Source: Candidatus Coproplasma stercoravium
GTDB lineage: Bacteria; Bacillota; Clostridia; Christensenellales; Borkfalkiaceae
Reading direction: 5' to 3'
Length of the DNA stretch: 64,000 nucleotides
Assembly (NCBI GenBank): GCA_018713165.1
Contig: DVFR01000046.1
Location: forward strand, 6,637 to 70,636
Shown here: positions 57,010 through 64,000 of the stretch, in pieces
Layout: each line of letters starts with the position of its first letter
Position numbering within the stretch: position 1 is the stretch's first letter
Position numbers and translations under genes: made by a program
The notes under the pieces: model-generated
What the model was told of the DNA's origin: nothing
Database searches by the model: none
The model's input: only the letters and a program-made list of their open reading frames with translations

Positions 57010-57792
57010 TTAAAATTCGTTGTTGAGTTTCTGTGCGTAGTAGAAGATGAATTCGGTGATGGTGGGGATGCCCTTGGAGGACTTTATTCTCGCGGTGTAG
57101 TTTGCGAGCAGGTCTTCGGGGTCAACGTTCTTCCACGCGCGGTTTATGGCGTTCTGCATCGCGCGTTCCACGCTGTTCTCCGTTTTGCCGTACTTTTTGC
57201 CGATTATGTTGCATACGTGCTGTACGGGCTGTTTCATTATAATCTTTATTGCCTCGATGAGATACCTGTATCCGACCGATTTCGAGCTTATGCCAATCTT
57301 GTCGAGCTCGTTGCTTATCCTTCTGTGAAGGCGCTTTTCCTGCAACTCGTCGGCAGTCATGTCGCCGCTGTAACCGTCGCGCGGCTTTCTCGTAAGAACT
57401 ATGGGCTTTGTTATCCTTAAAAAGTCGATAACGCCCTGCGCCGAAAAACTGCCGGAGTCTTTGGTCATTATATAGTCTGCGCCGTATTCGCGCGCAACTT
57501 TGTTCGTGAGCGAGTCGACGCTGTCGGCAAGGATGAGCACGAAGGGAGGACGCGAAATCTCTACCGATTTAAGTCTTTTCAAAAACTCTATGCCTTCGCT
57601 GCCTTCGCTGAGCTCCAAATCGAGGAGTACGGCGTCGGGATGCGTGTCGCACACATACTGCAAAGCGCGACCCGAGTTGTTCGTCACGCCTACGAGATTG
57701 AACGATTCGGCGTCTTTTGATATCTCAACAATCAGTTCCTTACAAATCTGGGGGTCGTCTTCAACTAAAAGCAATGCAAGTTTTTCGTCCAT
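57010..57792 (-). CDS. spo0A: sporulation transcription factor Spo0A (response regulator with a Spo0A_C DNA-binding domain)
   Basis: 260 aa. Receiver domain (LLVEDDP, LLDLEL). The C-terminus SVGYRYLIEAI...SVERAMQNAINRAW...PTITEFIFYYAQKL parallels the Bacillus Spo0A recognition region. Confidence 0.7.
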   Translation of the reverse strand: MDEKLALLLVEDDPQICKELIVEISKDAESFNLVGVTNNSGRALQYVCDTHPDAVLLDLELSEGSEGIEFLKRLKSVEISRPPFVLILADSVDSLTNKVAREYGADYIMTKDSGSFSAQGVIDFLRITKPIVLTRKPRDGYSGDMTADELQEKRLHRRISNELDKIGISSKSVGYRYLIEAIKIIMKQPVQHVCNIIGKKYGKTENSVERAMQNAINRAWKNVDPEDLLANYTARIKSSKGIPTITEFIFYYAQKLNNEF

Positions 57793-58156
57793 GAGTATAA
57801 CCTCGTTTATTTTACTGACTCTATAATACCACTAAAAAAATAAAAAAACAATACTAATTGCCATAATATTTGCAAAATTTTTAAGAAAAAATTTAAAAAT
57901 TGGAAAAAATCGACGTAAAAAAACTTCAATCTGACACCAAATGCCGCGGCGGGGAGCGACATGCGCCCGCAGTATTGGCAAAAAAGAATGTACTATGCGT
58001 AACATATACCGCGGCGATTATGCGCGTTGCGCGGCAATGTAAACAAAAGATTACATCGTTTTGCGCGCAGGTTTTCCGTACATGTCCAAAAACACTTTTG
58101 CAAAAGAGCGCAAAACGCTTCCGCTCAAAAAAATTTTGTGTTATCATTGAATTGTT

Positions 58157-58852
58157 ATGAATATTTTTTCGATAAGCGATTTGCACCTTTCGGGCGTCAA
58201 TCCCAAGCCCATGGATATCTTCGGGAGCGGCTGGGAGGGGCACTTCGAAAAAATCTGCGCCGACTGGCGCGAAAAGGTTACAGGGGACGACGTCGTGCTC
58301 GTCTGCGGCGACATAAGCTGGGGACTCACCCTCGGCGAGGGTCTGTACGATTTGAACCGTCTCAAACCCCTTCCGGGCAAAAAGGTGTTTATCCGCGGCA
58401 ACCACGACTACTGGTGGAACGGAATAACAAAGCTGCGCGACCGCGCGCCCGACGATAGTTTTTATTTTCTGCAGAACGACTGCGTGAAGTTTGAAAATGT
58501 CGTCGTCTGCGGCTCCCGCGGCTGGACGTGCCCCGGAAGTCCCGACTATACCGAACAGGACAACAAAATTTACCTGCGCGAGGCGGAGCGTTTCAAGCTC
58601 TGTTTTCAGAGCGCGGCAAAGCTGAGGGAGGAGGGCGACAGGCTGATAGCCATGATTCACTATCCCCCGTACAGCCTTAAAAACGGCGAAACGCTGTTCA
58701 CGCAGCTCTTCGAGGAGAACAAGGTCGATTTTGCCGTATTCGGCCACATTCACGGCGACGCGTACTTTCCGTTCAGAAGCAGCAAAAACGGAGTGGAGTA
58801 CGTCCTCACCTCCTGCGACAAGGTATCGTTCAGGCTGCAAAAAATTTTGTAA
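58157..58852 (+). CDS. metallophosphoesterase
   Basis: 231 aa. Contains ISDLHL, GDISW, GNHDYWW and FGHIHG. Confidence 0.75.
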   Translation: MNIFSISDLHLSGVNPKPMDIFGSGWEGHFEKICADWREKVTGDDVVLVCGDISWGLTLGEGLYDLNRLKPLPGKKVFIRGNHDYWWNGITKLRDRAPDDSFYFLQNDCVKFENVVVCGSRGWTCPGSPDYTEQDNKIYLREAERFKLCFQSAAKLREEGDRLIAMIHYPPYSLKNGETLFTQLFEENKVDFAVFGHIHGDAYFPFRSSKNGVEYVLTSCDKVSFRLQKIL

Positions 58853-59022
58853 TGTCGCGCCTTCTCCGCGCCGCGCCGTCCGCCGCTAAATTTCCGTTAC
58901 TTAATTTTGTTTTTTGCTTTACTTTGAAGAGCGGTTATGTTATAATCGTCGTTGAAAATAAACGGTAAACCGTGCGGCGCGGCGCCTGCAATACATTGTG
59001 CCCGCGCGCGTCGGGCGGTTTT

Positions 59023-59035
59023 TTCAGAGAAGGCT
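59023..59035 (+). promoter_or_regulatory. PyrR-binding-loop-like motif in the pyrB leader
   Basis: TTCAGAGAAGGCT resembles the UCCAGAGAGGCU core of Bacillus PyrR binding loops. Confidence 0.4.
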
Positions 59036-59144
59036 ATGGCGGCGTTATCCAATTCGGCGCAGGAGGGCAGACCCCGCGCAACGGGAAATAAATATCGTAC
59101 ACACGGCGGATTGACCGTTCGGCTGGGCAGAGTGTCTGCTTAAA

Positions 59145-59169
59145 GCCGTGCGGAATACCCGCTTTTTTT
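59145..59169 (+). terminator. weak attenuator-type terminator in the pyrB leader
   Basis: GCGG-aatac-CCGC followed by T7. The upstream CACGGC (59102-59107) can pair with GCCGTG (59145-59150), which would be a possible antiterminator. Confidence 0.35.
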
Positions 59170-59268
59170 GTGCAAAAACGCGCCGTCTTTCCCCGTCCGC
59201 CGCGCCGCGGCAGCAGGCTGGGCAAACATTGCAACCGCTTACGGATAAAAAAATTTAAAGAGGATTTT

Positions 59269-60198
59269 ATGCTTAACAACAAGGACTTGCTGGGGCTGTA
59301 TCACACCTCCGCCGAAGAAATCTGCGAAATACTCGACAGGGCCGCCGAAATGAAGGCGCTCCTTTTAGCGGGCAGAAAGGCCGAAAAGTTGCTTTCGGGC
59401 ACGGCGCTCATCACTCTCTTTTACGAAAACAGCACGCGTACGCGCACCTCGTTCGAGCTTGCGGGCAAATACCTCGGCGCAAGCGAGGTAAACGTCTCCG
59501 CTTCGTCGAGCTCCGTCCAGAAGGGCGAAACGCTGATTGACACGGGCAAGACGCTCGACGCGATGAAGATTGACTTCATTGCAATCCGCCACCCGCTCGC
59601 GGGGGCGCCCAAACTGCTCGCCGAAAACGTGCACGCCTCTGTAATAAACGCCGGCGACGGCATGAACGAGCATCCCACCCAGGCACTTTTGGATATGTTC
59701 TCCATGCGCGAAAAATTCGGCAGAATCTCGGGACTGAAAGTTGCCATACTCGGCGACATCAAGCACAGCCGCGTGGCAAAATCCAATCTCTTCGGGCTTA
59801 AAAAGCTCGGCGCGGAAGTTTATATGTACGCGCCCGAAACGCTCATGCCCAAGGAGATTGAAAAGCTGGGCGCGCACGTCTGCCGTTCGATGGAGGAGGC
59901 GATTGAGGGCGCCCACTGCGTGATGGGGCTGAGGATACAGCTCGAACGCCAGAAGGGCGGGCTTTTCCCCTCGCTCTCCGAGTACAGCAGGTTTTACGGC
60001 GTAAAGGACGGCATGCTCGCCCTCGCCGACAAAGACGCGATAATAATGCACCCCGGCCCCGTAAACAGGGGCATAGAACTCACGCCTTCTCTGATAGACG
60101 GGGACAACAGCGTTATATGCGAGCAGGTGACTAACGGTCTTTCGGTGAGAATGGCCATTCTCACCCTTTTAAAAGAGTACAGGGAGAAGAACTTATGA
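59269..60198 (+). CDS. pyrB: aspartate carbamoyltransferase catalytic subunit
   Basis: I take the ATG at 59269 (MLNNKDLLGL) as the start. Contains ENSTRTRTSFE, HPTQALLD and HPGPVNRG. Confidence 0.9.
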   Translation: MLNNKDLLGLYHTSAEEICEILDRAAEMKALLLAGRKAEKLLSGTALITLFYENSTRTRTSFELAGKYLGASEVNVSASSSSVQKGETLIDTGKTLDAMKIDFIAIRHPLAGAPKLLAENVHASVINAGDGMNEHPTQALLDMFSMREKFGRISGLKVAILGDIKHSRVAKSNLFGLKKLGAEVYMYAPETLMPKEIEKLGAHVCRSMEEAIEGAHCVMGLRIQLERQKGGLFPSLSEYSRFYGVKDGMLALADKDAIIMHPGPVNRGIELTPSLIDGDNSVICEQVTNGLSVRMAILTLLKEYREKNL

Positions 60199-61463
60199 AA
60201 TATATTATAAAGAACGGTTCCGTCGTCTTTCCCGGCGGCGTTAAAAAATGCGACGTCCTCGTCGAGGACGGCAAAATAGCAGAGGTAGGCGAAAATATTT
60301 CCTGCGACTGCGAGGTTCTCGACGCCGAAGGGCTGCACGTTTTCCCCGGGCTCATTGATATGCACGTCCATCTCCGCGAGCCCGGTTTCGAGGGCAAGGA
60401 GGACATAGAGAGCGGCTCAAAGGCGGCCGTTGCGGGCGGCTTCACGCAGATTTGCTGCATGCCCAACACCAACCCCGTGAACGACAATGCGGTCGTGACC
60501 ACCTATATAAAATACAGGTCGGAGCAGGTAAACCTCTGCAAAGTTCACCCCATCGGCAGCATAACCAAGGGCGAAAAGGGCGAAGAACTAGCCGAGATAG
60601 GCAAGATGGCTTCGGCGGGCGCGGTCGCCATCTCCGACGACGGAAGGTCGGTCATGGACTCCAAGATAATGCGCCTTGCAATGGAGTACGCAAACGGCTT
60701 TAACATAAAGTGCCTCTGCCACTGCGAGGACGAAAACCTCGTCGACGGCGGAGTGGTAAACGAGGGGCTCAACTCCACTATAACGGGCTTGAAGGGCAGT
60801 ATCCGCGCGGCGGAAGATATAATGATTGCGCGCGAAATATGCCTCTCCGAGAGCCTCGGTATCCCCGTGCACATCTGCCATGTATCCACATACAGCGGCG
60901 TGGAACTCATTCGCAGCGCCAAGGCGCGCGGCGTAAAGGTCACCGCCGAAAGCTGCCCGCACTATTTCTGGCTCACCGACGACATTATAACCGGTTTCGA
61001 TACCTACACCAAGGTAAACCCGCCCATAAGGGAGGAGCGCGACAGGCAGGCGATAATCGAAGGGCTCAAAGACGGCACGCTCGACTGCATAGTCACCGAC
61101 CACGCGCCCCATTCGAAGAAGGATAAACAGGTCGAATACAGCCTCGCCGCGTTCGGCATAAGCGGGATTGAAACGAGTTTTTCACTCTCCTACACAAAGC
61201 TTGTAAAGGAGGGCGATATGAGCCTTCCCGAACTTGCCGAAAAGATGAGCGCCGCGCCCGCAAGGATACTCAATCTCGAGGGCGGCGAAATAAAGGCGGG
61301 CGCGCCTGCCGACATAACCATCGCCGACCTTGCGGCAAAATACGTGATAGACGGCGAAAAGTTTATCTCCAAGGGCAAGAACACGCCCTTTAACGGCACG
61401 GAAGTTTACGGCAAAATCGCATATACAATCGTCGGCGGCGACGTGAAGTACAGCGCGGTATAA
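60195..61463 (+). CDS. pyrC: dihydroorotase
   Basis: 422 aa. Contains PGLIDMHVHLREPG and VTDHAPH. It overlaps pyrB by 4 nt (ATGA). Confidence 0.9.
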   Translation: MKYIIKNGSVVFPGGVKKCDVLVEDGKIAEVGENISCDCEVLDAEGLHVFPGLIDMHVHLREPGFEGKEDIESGSKAAVAGGFTQICCMPNTNPVNDNAVVTTYIKYRSEQVNLCKVHPIGSITKGEKGEELAEIGKMASAGAVAISDDGRSVMDSKIMRLAMEYANGFNIKCLCHCEDENLVDGGVVNEGLNSTITGLKGSIRAAEDIMIAREICLSESLGIPVHICHVSTYSGVELIRSAKARGVKVTAESCPHYFWLTDDIITGFDTYTKVNPPIREERDRQAIIEGLKDGTLDCIVTDHAPHSKKDKQVEYSLAAFGISGIETSFSLSYTKLVKEGDMSLPELAEKMSAAPARILNLEGGEIKAGAPADITIADLAAKYVIDGEKFISKGKNTPFNGTEVYGKIAYTIVGGDVKYSAV

Positions 61464-61525
61464 CTTAAAAAATACGCCGCGTTTGCGGCTTTCAGAAAAT
61501 AAAGGCAATATTTTAAGGAGCGGAT

Positions 61526-62437
61526 ATGATTGACAAACTGATAAAAAAGATAATCGATATGCAGAACCCCACTTGCGTGGGGCTCGACACCAGCTTCGAT
61601 TACCTGCCCGACAACATGCGCGAGGACATGGCTACCTTCGAGGGCGCGTCCGAGGCGATAACCGAATTCAACATGAACATCGTCGATAAGATAAGCGACA
61701 TTGTGCCCGCAATAAAGGTACAGGTCGCCTACTACGAGATGTACGGCTACGAAGGGCTCAAAGCTTTCAACTACACAATAAATTACGCGCTCGGCAGGGG
61801 CATGATTGTAATTGCCGACTGCAAGCGCAACGACATAGGTTCCACCGCGGGCTGCTATGCAACGGCATACCTCGGCCGCACCAAGATAAACGAAAAACTT
61901 ATGCGCGCCTTCCCCGCGGATATGCTCACGATAAACGGCTATCTCGGCACCGACGGCGTCGCTCCCTTTGTGGAGGAGTGCAAGGCGTGCAACAAGGGCG
62001 CCTTCGTGCTCGTAAAAACTTCCAACCCTTCGAGCGGCGAAATTCAGGATTTGAAGCTCGAAAGCGGCGAAAAGGTTTATGAGCGCATGGGCTTGCTCGT
62101 TGCCGAGTGGGGCAAAGACCTCATCGGTCACTACGGCTATTCTGATATCGGCGCGGTAGTCGGCGCAACCTATCCCGAGCAGGGTGCCGAACTCAGGAAG
62201 AAGTTGCCCCATACATTCTTCCTTATCCCCGGCTACGGCGCGCAGGGCGGCTCTGCCGACGGAATCAAGGGCTGTTTCGACGGGCGCGGCCTCGGCGGGA
62301 TAGTAAACAACTCCCGCGGCATACTCTGCGCGTACCGCAAACCGCAGTACAGCGGCATGACATATTGGGAGGCCGCCAGAGCTGCGTGCATCGATATGAG
62401 GGAAGATTTGCGCCGCGCCATCGGCAAAATGGGTTAA
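61526..62437 (+). CDS. pyrF: orotidine 5'-phosphate decarboxylase (long type 2)
   Basis: 303 aa. Contains CVGLD, VIADCKRNDIGST and IPGYGAQGG. Confidence 0.85.
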   Translation: MIDKLIKKIIDMQNPTCVGLDTSFDYLPDNMREDMATFEGASEAITEFNMNIVDKISDIVPAIKVQVAYYEMYGYEGLKAFNYTINYALGRGMIVIADCKRNDIGSTAGCYATAYLGRTKINEKLMRAFPADMLTINGYLGTDGVAPFVEECKACNKGAFVLVKTSNPSSGEIQDLKLESGEKVYERMGLLVAEWGKDLIGHYGYSDIGAVVGATYPEQGAELRKKLPHTFFLIPGYGAQGGSADGIKGCFDGRGLGGIVNNSRGILCAYRKPQYSGMTYWEAARAACIDMREDLRRAIGKMG

Positions 62438-62446
62438 AAAAAGTTT

Positions 62447-62619
62447 TCACAAAATTTTGCGGCTTGCGCGCCGAAAAATTTTTGTGAATTTTAGGGGCGC
62501 CGCCCCTCTTGCCCCGATTTATAGGAGCCCTCGATTATATAATCGGGGCAATTCACCCTCGGTGAGCTCGCTTGCGCGACAAATTGTGTCTTTCTGCGCA
62601 AGGAAACCTTGCTTGAAAC
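62447..62619 (-). repeat. repeat family Y, copy 3 (inverted relative to the flanking pyr genes)
   Basis: The reverse complement reads gtttcaagcaaggtttccttgcgcagaaagacacaatttgtcgcgcaagcgagctcaccgagggtgaat..., matching copy 2. Confidence 0.85.
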
Positions 62620-62644
62620 ATTTATTATTTTAGAATTTTTGGTG

Positions 62645-62678
62645 TTCCTGCGCCTCGTTCTGCTTGCTTCTGAAAATT
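62645..62678 (+). repeat. repeat family X, partial (3' half)
   Basis: ttcctgcgcctcgttctgcttgcttctgaaaatt aligns with ttccgccggctccttgcactgcttgcatctctgaagtt of copy 2. Confidence 0.5.
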
Positions 62679-62704
62679 CTCACTGTGCCGCAGAATGATT
62701 ATTA

Positions 62705-62752
62705 TGTCATTTCGAGCGAAGCGTAGCGTAGCCGAGAAATCTCTTCCGTATT
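62705..62752 (+). repeat. repeat family Z, copy 2
   Basis: tgtcatttcgagcgaagcgtagcgtagccgagaaatctcttccgtatt. Confidence 0.65.
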
Positions 62753-62762
62753 TTAAACTATC

Positions 62763-63524
62763 ATGAAAGAATTACTTGCAACTGTAAAAGAAAACAGAGA
62801 ATTAGCAAAGGATATCCGGGCTATAACGCTCACTTTGCCCGAGCCCGTCGGAAAAATAAAAGGCGGGCAGTTCGCCAACCTCTCCGCGGGCGATAAGTCC
62901 TTTCCCTTAAAGCGCCCCCTCGGCATATGCGAGGTCAACAATAACGACATAACGCTCTGCTATCAGTTAAAGGGCGAAGGTACGCGCAGTATTTCGAGTG
63001 CGGAGGCGGGGGACAAGCTTTCGGTGCTTCTTCCGCTCGGCAACGGTTTCGACCTCGGCGGGGCGCATAATATCGCCGTTGTCGGAGGCGGCGTGGGGAT
63101 TTTTCCCCTTGCGGCGGTTATAAGCGAGTACGCAGGCAAAAAGAACTTTTTCTCATACATAGGCTTCCGGGGAGCAGAATACGCCTGCCTTACCGAAAGG
63201 TTTGAACGGGGCGGCAAACTTATTGTCGCCACCGACGACGGCAGTATCGGCTTTCACGGAAACGCCGTCCAGGCTTTCCTTGCCGACTATGAGGAGGGTA
63301 AATTCGACCTTATTATCTCCTGCGGGCCTCCCGTAATGCTCCGCGCGTTAAAGTCCGCGCTTAAAGAGCGCAAAATAAACACAAAGTGCTTCGTATCTTT
63401 GGAGGAGCGCATGGGCTGCGGCATAGGCGCGTGCCTCGTGTGCGCGTGCAAAAAGACCGACGGGCACAACGCCCGCGTCTGCAAAGACGGACCCGTGTTC
63501 GACATAACGGAGGTGGAGCTGTGA
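62763..63524 (+). CDS. pyrK: dihydroorotate dehydrogenase electron-transfer subunit
   Basis: 253 aa. FAD/NAD-binding fold and a C-terminal 2Fe-2S motif CGIGACLVCAC. Confidence 0.9.
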   Translation: MKELLATVKENRELAKDIRAITLTLPEPVGKIKGGQFANLSAGDKSFPLKRPLGICEVNNNDITLCYQLKGEGTRSISSAEAGDKLSVLLPLGNGFDLGGAHNIAVVGGGVGIFPLAAVISEYAGKKNFFSYIGFRGAEYACLTERFERGGKLIVATDDGSIGFHGNAVQAFLADYEEGKFDLIISCGPPVMLRALKSALKERKINTKCFVSLEERMGCGIGACLVCACKKTDGHNARVCKDGPVFDITEVEL

Positions 63525-64000
63525 GCAAACTTTCGGTAAATATCTGCGGCGTAAGTTTTAAAAATCCCGTTATAGCCGCAAGCGGCACGTTCGGCTTCGG
63601 CAGGGAATATAACGAACTGTACGACATATCTTCTGTCGGCGGAGTGAGCACTAAGGGGCTCACCCTCGAATCCCGCCCCGGCAACCCCGTGCCCAGAATA
63701 GCCGAGGGTAAGAGCGTCATCTTAAACGCCGTCGGCTTGCAGAATCCGGGTGTGGAGGAGTTTGTAAAAAACGACCTTGATTGGCTTAAAGGCAAAACCA
63801 CCGTGATAGCCAACGTCGCGGGAAGAACGCTCGAAGATTACGAAAATATCTGCGCCCGCCTCGACGGACTTGTGGACATGATGGAGCTCAACATCTCCTG
63901 TCCCAACGTGCGCGCGGGCGGAATGGCGCTCGGCATAAAGCCGCAGAACGTGGAGGAGGTCACGAGGCTCTGCAAGGGCGCGCTTAAAAAGACGCCTCTG
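63521..64000 (+). CDS. pyrD: dihydroorotate dehydrogenase 1B catalytic subunit, N-terminal 160 aa (runs off the window end)
   Basis: My own translation from the GTG at 63521 gives VSKLSVNICGVSFKNPVIAASGTFGFG...NAVGLQNPG...ELNISCPNV. It overlaps the pyrK stop (GTGA). Confidence 0.9.
   Translation, partial: MSKLSVNICGVSFKNPVIAASGTFGFGREYNELYDISSVGGVSTKGLTLESRPGNPVPRIAEGKSVILNAVGLQNPGVEEFVKNDLDWLKGKTTVIANVAGRTLEDYENICARLDGLVDMMELNISCPNVRAGGMALGIKPQNVEEVTRLCKGALKKTPL

Noticed and set aside
57010-57792. Treating the Spo0A-like gene as an aberrant orphan paralogue because spoIVB is not adjacent.
   Set aside because: The receiver acidic pocket, the phospho-acceptor Asp context and the Spo0A_C recognition helix all look intact, and the length (260 aa) is typical. 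Gene order alone is weak evidence, so I keep it as spo0A with moderate confidence.

Overview
This window is a mostly plus-strand housekeeping stretch from a spore-forming Clostridia-type (Bacillota) chromosome with moderately high G+C. I call 58 CDS. They include argH (partial), ruvC-ruvA-ruvB-queA-tgt-yajC, and an unannotated 52-aa SCIFF precursor with its radical-SAM maturase. They also include secDF, recJ, relA, hemZ, rpsO-pnp, cwlD, mrnC-rlmB-sigH, dnaX-ybaB-recR, gpsA, typA, yabP-yabQ-divIC, gyrBA, a P-type ATPase and serS. Further on are a 1432-aa cell-surface protein, spoVB, spo0A and pyrB-C-F-K-D. I recognised no rRNA, tRNA, CRISPR array, transposase or known defence gene. The most unusual feature is non-coding. 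Spacers inside otherwise compact housekeeping operons (ruv/que, ybaB-recR, upstream of gyrB, pyrF-pyrK, downstream of serS, relA and hemZ) hold a mosaic of hairpin-rich repeat families, which I name X, Y, Z, V, W and H. There are also two minisatellites of a C-tract/G-tract hairpin. Several families keep their helices through compensatory substitutions between copies, which points to selection on structure, either as RNA or as a structured mobile element. Secondary points are two low-G+C islets (a tandem XRE pair and an orphan repeat-protein gene), the doubly anchored giant surface protein, split TSUP half-transporters and a few leader or attenuator candidates. All calls come from reading the sequence and ORF translations by eye; no searches were run.
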